Shown piece by piece: positions 19,233-29,754 of a stretch of 64,000 bases of DNA. Under the pieces are notes generated by a model. That model searched no databases. It saw only the letters and a list, made by a program, of their open reading frames with translations, and was not told the origin of the DNA. Source of the DNA: an uncultured bacterium (GTDB lineage Bacteria > Krumholzibacteriota > Krumholzibacteriia > Krumholzibacteriales > Krumholzibacteriaceae); contig CAWFAD010000010.1 in NCBI GenBank assembly GCA_963813815.1, forward strand, positions 148,654-212,653, read 5' to 3'. The translations under genes and the position numbers were made by a program. Position 1 is the stretch's first letter. The number at the start of each line of letters is the position of its first letter.

Positions 19233-20555
19233 ATGCCCGTGAAGCTGTCTCAAGAAGAGCTGCTCATCATCAACCTCCTTCTGCGGATCGCGGTCATGGC
19301 CGGCATCGCGAGTCTCGTGCTCGGGTTCCGGTTCGCCGCCGATCTCCTCATGCGGGGTTCGGTATCCGTGGCGGCGCGGGTGCGGCTCGGGGCGGTGTTC
19401 GCCGCGGTGTTCATCGTCGGGATCCTCGTTCGCAAGCTCACCAATCAGGGGGCGATGGATCTGTCGCTCGAGGGAGCGCTCTTCGCCGGTTTTCTCGGGG
19501 GCGTCTGGGTCGGGACGGGGGTCGGCGCCGCGATCGGAGCGGTCTGTTACCTCATCGGCGAGCCGGCGGCCCTGCCGTTCTATACCGCGGCGGGGCTCTC
19601 GAGCGGGCTCCTCGTATCGACGCTCGGACGGAGCGGCGAGATCTGGAACTACTCGCTCAACCCCCTCTCGATCGTCTACAGCTTCATCGAACGCCTCTGG
19701 CGCCGGAGCCTCGACCGCAACTTCATTCCTTTCGCGCTGCTGCTCGCCTTTACGGCCGCCCGCTACCGTCTCCTCGAGCGGATGCGCGGGCGCGATCTGC
19801 TCTACGGCTTTCTGCCGCAGAACGGCTTCACGCTCGTTCTCGAGGTCGTCGCCATCATCTACACGCTCGGCATCGCGCTGAAGCTCGCGAGCAACACGCG
19901 GCTCGAGCTCCAGCTGCGCGAGGAGGAGCGCCAGCTCATGCACGCGCGGCTTGTCACGCTGCGCAGCCAGATCAATCCTCATTTTCTGTTCAACACGCTC
20001 AACTCGATTTCGGCCCTCATCCGCACCGACGCCGAAAAGGCGCGGGAGATGACCCGGCGCCTCGCCGCGATCTTCCGCAAAGCGCTCGACGACTCGAACG
20101 ACCTGCACGCTCTCCGGGACGAGCTCGCTTTCATCGACGACTACCTTTCGATCGAGCGCGTGCGTTTCGGCGACGAAAGACTCCGCGTGATCAAGGAGAT
20201 CGACCCCGCCGCGCTCGATGCGCCGGTGCCGGTCATGATCCTGCAGCCGCTCGTCGAGAACGCCGTCAAGCACGGGATTTCGCGGCGGCAGGACGGCGGC
20301 GTCATCCGCATCGCCGCCCGTCCGGGGGCGAAGGGCGTCGAGATCGAGATCGAGAACGACGGCCCGCCCGTCGTCGATTGCGCGCTCGAGACGCTGCTCG
20401 CCCGGGGGCTCGGCCTGCGGAACGTGGTCGAGCGTCTGAACCTCCTCACCTGCGGCGAGGGGCGCTTCGCCATTTCGCCGCGCGCGGGCGGGGGCGCCGT
20501 GGTGCGGCTCTCCATTCTCCCGCCGCCCGGAAGGAGCGTGGCACCGTGCCGATGA
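19233..20555 (+). CDS. LytS/YehU-family membrane sensor histidine kinase
   Basis: Multiple TM helices; LRSQINPHFLFNTLNSI; LQPLVENAVKHG; GLGLRNV.ERL. Confidence 0.92.
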   Translation: MPVKLSQEELLIINLLLRIAVMAGIASLVLGFRFAADLLMRGSVSVAARVRLGAVFAAVFIVGILVRKLTNQGAMDLSLEGALFAGFLGGVWVGTGVGAAIGAVCYLIGEPAALPFYTAAGLSSGLLVSTLGRSGEIWNYSLNPLSIVYSFIERLWRRSLDRNFIPFALLLAFTAARYRLLERMRGRDLLYGFLPQNGFTLVLEVVAIIYTLGIALKLASNTRLELQLREEERQLMHARLVTLRSQINPHFLFNTLNSISALIRTDAEKAREMTRRLAAIFRKALDDSNDLHALRDELAFIDDYLSIERVRFGDERLRVIKEIDPAALDAPVPVMILQPLVENAVKHGISRRQDGGVIRIAARPGAKGVEIEIENDGPPVVDCALETLLARGLGLRNVVERLNLLTCGEGRFAISPRAGGGAVVRLSILPPPGRSVAPCR

Positions 20556-21319
20556 AAACGTTGATTGTCGACGACGAGCAACTCGCCCGGGACGAGATGC
20601 GCTTTCTCCTCGCCGGCGAGAAGGACGTCGAGATCGTCGGGGAGGCGGCCGGCGGCCGCGAGGCGATCGCCCTCGTGCGCGAAAAACGTCCCGAGCTCGT
20701 CTTTCTCGACATCCAGATGCCGGAGGTGGACGGTTTTCGGGTGGTCAAGGCGCTCATCGACGACGGGGATCCTCCGCTCGTCGTATTCGCGACGGCCTAC
20801 GACCAGTATGCAATCAGGGCGTTCGAGGTGAACGCGCTCGATTACCTGCTCAAGCCGATCGACCGCCAGCGCCTCGCTTCCGCGCTCGAAAGAGCGCGGA
20901 GGGCGATGCCGCGGCGCGAGGAGTTCGCGAAGCGGCTCCGCAACCTCACGGGGAGCATTCGCATCGGCACGACCTTTCTGCCGCGCCTCGTCGTTACGAG
21001 CGGCGGCGAGCCTTCCCTCGTCGAGGTCGAGAACGTCGCCATGCTGCATCGCGAGGGGCCGCGCGTCACGGCCTTCACGGCGGACGGAAAATACCCGACG
21101 AGCTACCGGGATCTCGACGAAATCGAGGTGCAGGTCGATCCGGCCATCTTCGTGCGGCTCGGATCGGATTACCTCGTCAACATTCGTCGCATCGCGGACG
21201 TCGTTCCATGGACGGGCGGCAATTTCATGATGGCCCTCGACGACGCGGACCGCACCGAGGTTCGTCTCAATCGCTCGCAGGCGAAGCTGCTCAGAAGCAA
21301 GGCCGACCGGCTCTTCTGA
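20552..21319 (+). CDS. LytTR-family response regulator
   Basis: IVDDEQLAR, FLDIQMP, FATAYDQYA..AFEVNALDYLLKP; C-terminal LytTR-like domain; ATGA overlap with the kinase. Confidence 0.92.
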   Translation: MKTLIVDDEQLARDEMRFLLAGEKDVEIVGEAAGGREAIALVREKRPELVFLDIQMPEVDGFRVVKALIDDGDPPLVVFATAYDQYAIRAFEVNALDYLLKPIDRQRLASALERARRAMPRREEFAKRLRNLTGSIRIGTTFLPRLVVTSGGEPSLVEVENVAMLHREGPRVTAFTADGKYPTSYRDLDEIEVQVDPAIFVRLGSDYLVNIRRIADVVPWTGGNFMMALDDADRTEVRLNRSQAKLLRSKADRLF

Positions 21320-21335
21320 CGGCGAGGAGGACGGG

Positions 21336-22715
21336 ATGGTTCGCGAATACGATATTCTCGTGCTCGGCGGGGGGCCGGCGGGGTATCCCGCGGCGATCCG
21401 CGCGGCGCAGCTCGGCGCGCGCGTCTGCCTCGTCGAGCGCGGACCGCTCGGCGGCACCTGCCTCAACTGGGGTTGCATCCCGACGAAGGCTCTCCAGGCC
21501 TCGGCCCACCTCGTCGAGGGCGCGCGCTCGGCCCGGGAGGCGGGGATCGCGCGCGGAGGGATCACGATCGACGCGCCGGGGCTTTTCGCGAACAAGACGC
21601 GCGTCGTCGGGGAGCTCGTCTCGGGGATCGAGAAGCTGCTCCGGGCGAGGCGGATCGACGTGCTTCGCGGCGAGGGGCGCGTCACGCGGGAGCTCGAGGT
21701 CGACGTCGAGGGCGCGGGCCGGGCGAAGGCGCCGCGGATCGTCATCGCGACGGGTTCGTCGGAGGCGGCGCTCCCGCCGGTCCCCTTCGACGGAAAGCGC
21801 ATCCTCTCGAGCAAGGATATCCTCGATCTGGGACGAGTTCCGGAGAGCCTCCTCGTCGTCGGAGGCGGGGTCATCGGTTGCGAGTTCGCGACGATCTTCA
21901 ACGCCTTCGGCTCGAAGGTCACGATCGTCGAGATGCTGCCGGGGCTCGTCGCGACCGAGGACGCCCAGATCGCCCGGACGCTGCAGATGCTGCTTCGGAA
22001 AAAGGGGATCGATCTCCATCTCGGCGTGCGGGTCGTCTCCGCGCGGACGACGGACACGGGAGTCGTCTCCACGCTCGAGAACGGGACGGAGATCGCTTCC
22101 GAGGTCGTGCTCGTATCGGTCGGCAGGAGGCCGAGCTGGGTCGGATCCGGCGTCGAGGCGCTCGGCATCGACGCGGACGAGCGCACCGGAATCAAAGTCA
22201 ACGCGCGTATGGAGACGTCGCGCCCCGGCGTGTACGCCGCGGGCGACGTCACCGGCGGCTATCTCCTCGCCCACGTCGCCACGCGCGAGGGGATCGTCGC
22301 GGCCGAGAACTCGCTCGGGCACGCCCGGGAGATCCGGTACGACGCCGTTCCCTCGACGATCTACACGCTTCCCGAGATATCGCACGTCGGCCTCACGGAG
22401 GAAGAGGCGAAGAGGCGCGGCGAGAAGATCGCGACGGGCCGGTTCCCCTTCGCCGCGAGCGGCAAGGCGAAGGGTCTCGGCGAGGAGGATGGTTTCGTCA
22501 AGTGGGTCGCCCGGGAGGAGGACCGGCGGCTGCTCGGCGTGCATATCATCGGCCCCTCGGCGACGGAGCTCGTCGCGAGCGCGATCGTGGCGCTCGACGC
22601 GGGCCTCACCGCCGAACGGTTCGCGGAATCGATCTTTCCGCATCCGACCCTGTCGGAGACGCTCGCCGGCGCGGCGGAGGCAATGAACGGCCGCGCCATC
22701 GATCTCCTGAAATGA
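21336..22715 (+). CDS. lpdA: Dihydrolipoyl dehydrogenase
   Basis: GGGPAGY, GGTCLNWGCIPTK redox disulfide, GGGVIGCE, HPTLSE. Confidence 0.93.
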   Translation: MVREYDILVLGGGPAGYPAAIRAAQLGARVCLVERGPLGGTCLNWGCIPTKALQASAHLVEGARSAREAGIARGGITIDAPGLFANKTRVVGELVSGIEKLLRARRIDVLRGEGRVTRELEVDVEGAGRAKAPRIVIATGSSEAALPPVPFDGKRILSSKDILDLGRVPESLLVVGGGVIGCEFATIFNAFGSKVTIVEMLPGLVATEDAQIARTLQMLLRKKGIDLHLGVRVVSARTTDTGVVSTLENGTEIASEVVLVSVGRRPSWVGSGVEALGIDADERTGIKVNARMETSRPGVYAAGDVTGGYLLAHVATREGIVAAENSLGHAREIRYDAVPSTIYTLPEISHVGLTEEEAKRRGEKIATGRFPFAASGKAKGLGEEDGFVKWVAREEDRRLLGVHIIGPSATELVASAIVALDAGLTAERFAESIFPHPTLSETLAGAAEAMNGRAIDLLK

Positions 22716-22744
22716 TTCTGTCGGCCCTCGATGGAGGTTTCACC

Positions 22745-25405
22745 ATGAAGCGAACGAGCACGCCGTTGCCCCTCCGCAGGCCGTTTCTCCGGAGCCGCGC
22801 GCGGCCTCCGGCGTCGGCCGCGCTGGCGCTCGCGATCCTGTGTCTCTCGGCGTCCGCCGTCCCTCCGGGATCGACGAACGCCGCCGAGGCGGCCTCGCGC
22901 GGCGGCGGCCCCGAGATCATCCACCTCGGAGGCGGGAGCGCGGATGCCGTGTGCGTCGCCGTCGCCGTGCCCGTCGGCTCGGCCGACGAGCCGCCGGGGA
23001 TGCGCGGCGCGTGCCATCTCGTCGAGCACCTCGTGTTCGACGGCTCGGAGCGTTTTTCGCGCGAGGAGATGAGCCGGTGGGTCGACGACACCGGCTCGTT
23101 TCTCAACGCCTTCACCCGCAAGGAGACGACGGTTTATTTTCTCGTCACCGCTCCGGCCCGCCTCGAGGAGGGGATCGAGATTCTCTCGCAGATGCTGCTT
23201 CACTCGGTGTTTCCGGCCGCCGAGATCGAGAAGGAACGCTCGGTGATTCTCGAGGAGCTGCGGCGCGAGGCGGACGACCCGCGCTCCTCGCGGGAGCGCG
23301 GCGTCGAGCGCGCACTCTACCGGGGGTCGGCGCTTGCGGAGCCGATCAGCGGCTATCCGTCCTCCATCGAGGCGATGAACGCCGCCGACGTCGAGGCGTT
23401 TTACCGGCGCCGCTACGATCCCGCCGCGATGCGGATCGTGCTCATGGGCGGATACGATCTCGAGCGGGCAACGGGGCTCGTGAGAGACTATTTCGGCGGG
23501 CCGCCCCGCCGTTCGTCCGGCTCGCCGATCGCCTCCGCCGCCGGGAGCGGCCGAGGTCCCGGCGGCGAGCCCGCCGTTCCGCGCTGGGGAAACGAGATCG
23601 TCGCGAGGAATCTTCCCGGGGAGGCTGCGGGGTTCGATATGATCGTGAGGCTCCCGGCCGTTCCGGAGAGCGATTTCCCCGCGGCGCTCGTCGTCTCGCG
23701 GCTGCTCGAGAGCGAGGATTCCCCGCTCGCGCGCGCCCTCGCCGCCCGGTCGCTTCCCGCTCCCGAGACGGGCCTCGAGATCGCCGGCGGTTTCTCCGCG
23801 CTCAGAATTCACGTCGCCTGTCCCGACAGCCTCGCCGGAGCCTGCGGGGAGGTGCCCGCCCTCGTCCGCGCTCTCGCGGATTGGAGGCCGGATCCGGCGT
23901 CGGTCGAAAAGGCGAAAACGTCGTTTCTCTCCTCCGAGGCGCTCGACCGGGAGATGTTTCATTTCTACGTCATGGCGCGCGGGGAGGCGATCGCGCTTCA
24001 CGGCGAGCGCTACCTCGAGCAGGTTTCGGACGGGGTGGCGCGGGTGGGCGCGAAGGATTGCGCCCGCGTTCTCGAGAAATGCTTTCGCGAGCCGAGGTGG
24101 AACGCCTGTCTCGTCAACGCCCCCGAGAGGAGCGGCCCGCCTCGCGGGGCCGCGGCGGAGGCGGGCGCGGTCGAAACGCTTCCCGGAGGAGGCGTGGCGG
24201 CCGCGTCGAGGCGGCCCGGCTCTTCCGCGGCGGCGGTGCACCTCGCCTTTCGCGGGCGGGCGTGCGCGGTGGACGGACGGGCGCCCGGGCTCGTCGAGCT
24301 TCTCATGACCGTTCTCGAAATGTCCCCCGCCGGGAAGGCGCTCGTGCGGGATCTCGAGGCGCTCGGCGCCCGAGTGGCTTTCGGCGACAATCCCTACGTG
24401 CCGCAGGACGATTACCTCCTGAGCCCCGCGTTCGCGTTCATCAGGCTCGAGGCGCCGGCGGCCCGTATCGCCGAAGCGGCCCGTCTTCTCGGGAGGTTCC
24501 TTACAGCGGACGCCGTCTCGGACGAAGCCCTTGCCGAGGCGCGCGCAGCGCTCATGGGGGAGCTCGGGATGCGGAGCGGCTCCCCCTTCTACATGATGCG
24601 GGGATCCATGATGAAGGCGCTCTTCGCGGATCATCCCTTCGCGTCGCCGGTGTTCCCGCCCCCTCCCTCCATGGCGGGAGCGACCGCGGACGATCTGCGA
24701 TCGCTGCGCGCGCGATTCTTCGCCCAGGGGAACGTCGTGGCGACGATCGTTTCCCCGCACGGCGGAGAGGAGGCGCGCTCGATCCTCGAGGGGCTCGTGG
24801 AGGGTTTGCCGCCCGGCCCTGCCATTGAGTGCCCCGCGCTTCCCGACGCGGCCGCGCCGGGCCTCGTCGAGAAAAAAACCCGCAAGGAAGGCGCCTATCT
24901 CGCCGCCTGCTGGCTCGTCCGGAGCGCCTCGCCGGCGGAGACGGCCGCCGCGATGGTGGCGGGGGAGATTCTCGGGCGGAGGATGCAGCTGGTGCTCCGC
25001 GAGAAGCTCGGTCTCGCCTACTCGATCGACTGCGGCGTGTCGCCGCTTCCGGGAGGCGCCGTGATTATGGCCTATCTCGGCACCGGAGCGGGACGCCTCG
25101 ACGAGGCGAGGGCGGCGCTCGAGGGAGAGATCCGGGGGCTCGCGGCCCGGTCTCCCGGAGACGAGGAGATCGCGATCGCGAGGAACCGCCTGCTCGGGCG
25201 GCGCTCGAGGAGCGAGCTTTCGAGCGTCAACGGCGCGTACGCGCTCGGCCTCGATATCGTGCTCGGGGACGCCGCCGAGCCTGCGGCGCTCGCCTCCGCG
25301 ATCGCGGCAACGCCCCGTGGATCAGTCGTCGCCGTCATCAAACGCTCGTTCGTCTGGGAGCGGGCGGTCGAGATCCGCCTCGTTCCCGAGAAGCAGTCGC
25401 CTTAG
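22745..25405 (+). CDS. M16 (pitrilysin/insulinase-like) zinc protease, secreted
   Basis: SD GGAGG; signal-like N-terminus; inverted zinc motif HLVEH, NAFT..E.T.Y, E.E..VI.EE; second half with LREKLGLAY. Confidence 0.85.
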   Translation: MKRTSTPLPLRRPFLRSRARPPASAALALAILCLSASAVPPGSTNAAEAASRGGGPEIIHLGGGSADAVCVAVAVPVGSADEPPGMRGACHLVEHLVFDGSERFSREEMSRWVDDTGSFLNAFTRKETTVYFLVTAPARLEEGIEILSQMLLHSVFPAAEIEKERSVILEELRREADDPRSSRERGVERALYRGSALAEPISGYPSSIEAMNAADVEAFYRRRYDPAAMRIVLMGGYDLERATGLVRDYFGGPPRRSSGSPIASAAGSGRGPGGEPAVPRWGNEIVARNLPGEAAGFDMIVRLPAVPESDFPAALVVSRLLESEDSPLARALAARSLPAPETGLEIAGGFSALRIHVACPDSLAGACGEVPALVRALADWRPDPASVEKAKTSFLSSEALDREMFHFYVMARGEAIALHGERYLEQVSDGVARVGAKDCARVLEKCFREPRWNACLVNAPERSGPPRGAAAEAGAVETLPGGGVAAASRRPGSSAAAVHLAFRGRACAVDGRAPGLVELLMTVLEMSPAGKALVRDLEALGARVAFGDNPYVPQDDYLLSPAFAFIRLEAPAARIAEAARLLGRFLTADAVSDEALAEARAALMGELGMRSGSPFYMMRGSMMKALFADHPFASPVFPPPPSMAGATADDLRSLRARFFAQGNVVATIVSPHGGEEARSILEGLVEGLPPGPAIECPALPDAAAPGLVEKKTRKEGAYLAACWLVRSASPAETAAAMVAGEILGRRMQLVLREKLGLAYSIDCGVSPLPGGAVIMAYLGTGAGRLDEARAALEGEIRGLAARSPGDEEIAIARNRLLGRRSRSELSSVNGAYALGLDIVLGDAAEPAALASAIAATPRGSVVAVIKRSFVWERAVEIRLVPEKQSP

Positions 25406-25528
25406 CGCTCCGCCGCTTCGGGCGCGTTTCACTGCGCTTCGCGGCCCTGAATACTGTTGACGCGGCGGGACAGGACGGGCTATGAATGGCGCAAGGATAA
25501 GCGGAAAGAGGACGCATGGGGGGGGAGA

Positions 25529-25702
25529 ATGGCATACGAAATAACCGGTGATTGCATCTCCTGCGGGGCCTGCCAGGCGGAGTGCCCCGTCGAGGTGATC
25601 ACGCAGTCGGCGGACACGTACGTCATCGACGCCGACCTGTGCACCGACTGCGGCGTCTGCGAGACCGTCTGCCCGGTGGGCGCCGTGCGGAAGGTCGGGT
25701 AG
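25529..25702 (+). CDS. 2x[4Fe-4S] ferredoxin
   Basis: CISCGACQAECP and CTDCGVCETVCP. Confidence 0.95.
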   Translation: MAYEITGDCISCGACQAECPVEVITQSADTYVIDADLCTDCGVCETVCPVGAVRKVG

Positions 25703-25745
25703 CGCGCGGCCGCCTCGGACGGCCGCGGGAGAAAGAGAGCGCGTC

Positions 25746-26798
25746 GTGGAGGAGAAGCTTCGGCTGACCGCCATGGCTTCCTGCGCGGGTTGAGCGGCCA
25801 AGCTCAGCCCAACGGAGTTGTGGCCGGTTCTCGAACGTCTTCCCCCGCAGAGTCATCCCGCCGTCATCGTCGGCACGAATCAGGCGGATGACAGCGCGGT
25901 CGTGCGCCTCTCGGACGACATCGCGCTCGTTCTCACGCTCGATTTTTTCCCCGCCATCGTGGACGATCCGTACACCTTCGGCCAGATCGCGGCCGCGAAC
26001 GCTCTGAGCGATGTGTACGCCATGGGCGGGAAACCCATCACGGCGCTCAATATCGTGTCGTTCCCCGAAGGAAAGCTGCCGCTCGACGTGCTCGCCGAGA
26101 TGCTCCGCGGCGGCGCCGACAAGGTGAACGAAGCGGGGGCGGTCATCGTCGGCGGGCATACGATCCGCGGGAGCGAGGTCGTGTACGGCCTCTCCGCGGT
26201 CGGGCTCGTCCATCCGGAGAGAATCCTGAAGAAGCAAGGGATCGAGAACGGGGATCTTCTCGTTCTCACGAAGCCGCTCGGGACGGGCATCTACTCGACG
26301 GCCCTCAAGAACGGCGCGCTCGGGGCCGCTCGCGAGAAGCTCTTTTACGCCGCCATGTCGACCCTGAACCGCGCCGCGGCGGAAGGCCTGCACGATTTCG
26401 GCGCGCATGCCTGCACCGACATCACGGGCTTCGGTTTTCTCGGCCACGCGCTCGAGATGGCCCGCGCCTCGAACGTGAGCCTGCGGTTCGACGCGGCCGC
26501 GCTGCCGCTGCTGCCGGACGTCGTGGATCTCGTGGGACGGGGGTTCCTCACGGGGGGCGGCATGTCGAACCGGGAGTACGTAAAAGAGGAGCTCGCCGTC
26601 GAGGGAAAGCTGTCGGGCGAGCTCGAGATGATCCTCGTCGACCCTCAGACATCGGGCGGGCTTCTCGTCGCGCTCGCGCCCGATTCCGCCCGGCGCTACC
26701 TCGACGCCCTCGCGAAGCGGGGAGTGAGGGACGCGGCCGTCGTCGGCGAGGCGACCGCCCCCGAGGACAAGCGTCTCGTCGTCATGGCGCCCCGGTGA
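25746..26798 (+). CDS. selD: Selenide,water dikinase (selenophosphate synthetase), Sec-containing; in-frame UGA at 25791-25793
   Basis: GTG start gives EEKLRLTAMASCAG-U-AAKLSP in frame with ORF 25818..26798; DDSAV, TLDFF, AAANALSDVYAMGG, GGHT, TDITGFG..GH, DPQTSGGLL. Confidence 0.95.
25807..25824 (+). promoter_or_regulatory. Candidate bacterial SECIS hairpin of selD
   Basis: GCCCAAC-GGA-GTTG(T)GGC stem with a G-led loop 20 nt downstream of the UGA (paired by eye). Confidence 0.55.
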
Positions 26799-26807
26799 TC
26801 CGTTCGC

Positions 26808-27380
26808 TCATCCGCCTTCTCGCGTGGCGCGCCGATCCGCTTCCTCCAGGCTCATGAGACAGCCGCAGTAGCTCTGGCGGGAGAGCCCGAGCTCGCGTGA
26901 GAGCTCGACGCTCTTCTTGAATCCGTCCCGTTTCTTGAAATCCTCCGCGAGAAAAGTTATGCCGTACGCGCGGGCCGCCTCCTCGCCGATCTCACTGATG
27001 CGCTCGAACACTTTGTGCGGGCTCACCGAGAGCGTGCTCGTAAAGAGCGGAATACCGAGCTCGGCCGCTTTGCGGGCCGACACGTCGAACCGGTGCCCGT
27101 AGCACCTCCAGCAGCGCTCGCTCCGCTCGGGCAGGGTCCGGTACGGCGAGATCTCCTTCCACCAGCGGAGCGTCCGGTAATCCCCCTCGATCAGCCGGAC
27201 GCCGGCCCTCGCCGCGACGCGCCGCATCTCGTCGAGCCTCAGTCGATACTCGGATTCGGGATGGATGTTCGGATTGTAGAAGTAGGCCGTGACGTCGTAT
27301 TCCGGTTCGAGGCGCGCGAGCACGTGGCTCGAGCACGAGGCGCAGCACGTGTGAACGAGGATCGATTGCCGGTGGGCCAT
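26808..27380 (-). CDS. queH: Epoxyqueuosine reductase QueH
   Basis: HTCCASCS, FYNPNIHP..EY..R, RC..CY..R, STLSVSPHK, RQSYCGC. Confidence 0.92.
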   Translation of the reverse strand: MAHRQSILVHTCCASCSSHVLARLEPEYDVTAYFYNPNIHPESEYRLRLDEMRRVAARAGVRLIEGDYRTLRWWKEISPYRTLPERSERCWRCYGHRFDVSARKAAELGIPLFTSTLSVSPHKVFERISEIGEEAARAYGITFLAEDFKKRDGFKKSVELSRELGLSRQSYCGCLMSLEEADRRATREGG

Positions 27381-27383
27381 GGT

Positions 27384-28715
27384 TCAGCGGGAGGCGCCCC
27401 GCGCGGCGGGCGCGTCCCCTTGGGATCGCTCGGCGCCGTCCGGGGGCGCGGAGCCGGAAGCGAGAACGCCCGTATCCCCGGCCGTTTCGATGCTCGAGAG
27501 GCGCGAGAGATTCCGGTCGCGCAGATCGATGAACGACGCCATGCGCTCCACGGATACCGGCGCGGCGGGAGGAAGCGAGATCGTTCTCGGGTTCACGAAC
27601 CTAACTCCCTTCATCACGCGGTAATCGAGGTGGGGCCCGGTCGCGTATCCGGTCGATCCGACGTGGCCGATGATCTGTCCCTGATTCACGTGGACGCCCG
27701 CGTGGATCCCCTTCCCGAAGCGCGAGAGATGAAGGTAGTACGTTATATAGCCGTTCGGGTGCTTGATCTTGACGTAGTTGCCGTTTCCGCCCTTGCGCTC
27801 CGCCGCTATGACGGTGCCGTTGCCGGTCGCCATGACGGGAGTGCCGGCCGGAGCCGCGTAGTCGATGCCGTAGTGCGGCGCGTAGTGATGGAGAACGGGA
27901 TGAAAACGGCGGCGGCTGAAGCTCGAGCTGATGCGGGTGTAGGAGAGGGGAGCCCGCAGGAGCTGCTTGCGGAGGGATTTGCCGTTCTCGTCGAAGTAAT
28001 CGGCCCCCTGGCCGTCATTGTCGAACATAAAGGCGTAGTGGCTCTTGCCCCTCGCGTAGAACTCGGCGCCGACGATGCGTCCGAGCTTCTTCAGCCCGTC
28101 GCGGCGGGTCTTCTCCTCGTAGATCATCCGGAAGTAGTCGCCGCGGCGCATGTCGTTGTGAAAGTCGATGTCCCACGCGAAGAGATCGACGAGCTTGTGG
28201 CCGAGCTCGGGAGATATCCCCCTCGAGTCGAGGCACCCGAAGAGGCTCGTCGTGATGGTTCCGCCGGCGGCGCGAAGCCGCACGTCGTACTCGTATTCCT
28301 TCTTCTCGGCCGATATGGCGCCGTCCCTGAAGCTGATGTCGATGTAGGCCTCGTCCCCGCGCTCAGAGAACCGCATGCTCTCGACGCTGCCGTCCTTGGC
28401 TGCGAACACTTCGTAGCGCTGCCCCGGATATATTCTCCTGAAATCGTAGACGTTACGAACGGCCTTCTCGATGAGCTTTATCGAGGGGGCGTCGAAGCCG
28501 AACTCGATCATGAGATCGTAGAAAGACATGTTCGCGGTGACGACGCCCTCGCGGGCGGGGAGGGGTCCGCCCTGGGCGGCCGGGGTCCCTTCGCCCGGGG
28601 CATCCTGCGCGGCGGGGTAGGCCAAACGCAAGAAATCGGGCTTCGCCGCGACGAGGAATAGGAGAATGATCGATCCGGCGAGGAGCACGATTGATTTTAA
28701 TTTATCATTTTGCAT
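27384..28715 (-). CDS. M23 family peptidoglycan DD-endopeptidase (MepM-like)
   Basis: N-terminal TM anchor; FAWDIDF; H.GIDYAAP.GTPV, Y.HLS, TGPHLDY. Confidence 0.9.
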   Translation of the reverse strand: MQNDKLKSIVLLAGSIILLFLVAAKPDFLRLAYPAAQDAPGEGTPAAQGGPLPAREGVVTANMSFYDLMIEFGFDAPSIKLIEKAVRNVYDFRRIYPGQRYEVFAAKDGSVESMRFSERGDEAYIDISFRDGAISAEKKEYEYDVRLRAAGGTITTSLFGCLDSRGISPELGHKLVDLFAWDIDFHNDMRRGDYFRMIYEEKTRRDGLKKLGRIVGAEFYARGKSHYAFMFDNDGQGADYFDENGKSLRKQLLRAPLSYTRISSSFSRRRFHPVLHHYAPHYGIDYAAPAGTPVMATGNGTVIAAERKGGNGNYVKIKHPNGYITYYLHLSRFGKGIHAGVHVNQGQIIGHVGSTGYATGPHLDYRVMKGVRFVNPRTISLPPAAPVSVERMASFIDLRDRNLSRLSSIETAGDTGVLASGSAPPDGAERSQGDAPAARGASR

Positions 28716-28911
28716 AGTCTTACCAGAATTTGCCGTAAAATAGCCCATGCCCCGGAGCAGCGTCAAGAAAAACCATTCCCCGGCGGCAATATTTTTTTGC
28801 AAGAAGCAGGCCGAAGCGCGCGGTTTCATGCTATTCTCCCGGCGTGCGCCGGGAGGCGGCGCGCCGAGGATGCGGCGGACGCGGAGACGGGACGCCGCGG
28901 ATTGGCGAGGC

Positions 28912-29742
28912 ATGTCCGGACGGAGCCCCGATATCAAGCGTGAGCTCGACGAGCTGAGAAGGAGAGCCGAGGGGGCGTTCGCCGCTCCGAGGATCCCCGT
29001 CGTCCCGGCCGCCGCGGTCCGTCTCGCGGAGGCGGTGCGCGGCGAGGAAACGGAGTCCGGTGAAGGAGCATTCTACCGCGTGCTCGCCGACGCGTCGGCC
29101 GTCTGGCCGGACGCGGCCGGCTTTCACCGCGAGTATCTCGAAGCGCTCGGGGCGCCGCTTTTCCGCTCGAGCGCGCCCTTCGTGGGGCTCCGGACCCTCA
29201 AGGAAACCGATCCCGGGAGAATCCTCTACCTCGACATCGAGACGACGGGCCTCGGCGCGGCGGCGCCGCTCTTTCTCGTCGGTCTCATGTACTCGAAGGG
29301 GGATCGTCTCGTCGTGGATCAGCTCTTCGCGCGCGATTACTCGGAGGAGAGCGCCGTGCTCGCTCATCTCGCCGGCGTCGCGCGCGGGTTCGAGGCGCTG
29401 GTGACCTATAACGGAATCTCCTTCGACGTGCCGTACATCCGCGACCGCTCGACGATACACCGGCTCGCGTTCGCGCCGCCCGGGGTCCACGTCGATCTCC
29501 TCCTCGTCGCCCGGTGCGTCGTCGGGAAGCGCACGCCGAACCACCGGCTCCAGACGCTCGAGACGCACCTCTGCAAGCGCAGGCGCGTGGGGGATATCAG
29601 CGGGGCCGAGATCCCGGGGGCCTACCACGAGTTCGTGCGAACGGGGAACGCCAGGGATATCGCGAACATCATGCATCACAACCGGCTCGATCTCGTGACG
29701 ATGCTTCAGCTCGTCACGATCTTCCTCTCGAGCGAATCCTGA
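28912..29742 (+). CDS. YprB/MrfB-like RNase H-fold exonuclease
   Basis: YLDIETTGL, LVTYNG.SFDVPY, HVDLL, HNRLDL; directly upstream of a DUF1998 helicase. Confidence 0.85.
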   Translation: MSGRSPDIKRELDELRRRAEGAFAAPRIPVVPAAAVRLAEAVRGEETESGEGAFYRVLADASAVWPDAAGFHREYLEALGAPLFRSSAPFVGLRTLKETDPGRILYLDIETTGLGAAAPLFLVGLMYSKGDRLVVDQLFARDYSEESAVLAHLAGVARGFEALVTYNGISFDVPYIRDRSTIHRLAFAPPGVHVDLLLVARCVVGKRTPNHRLQTLETHLCKRRRVGDISGAEIPGAYHEFVRTGNARDIANIMHHNRLDLVTMLQLVTIFLSSES

Positions 29743-29754
29743 AAGGGAGCGGCC

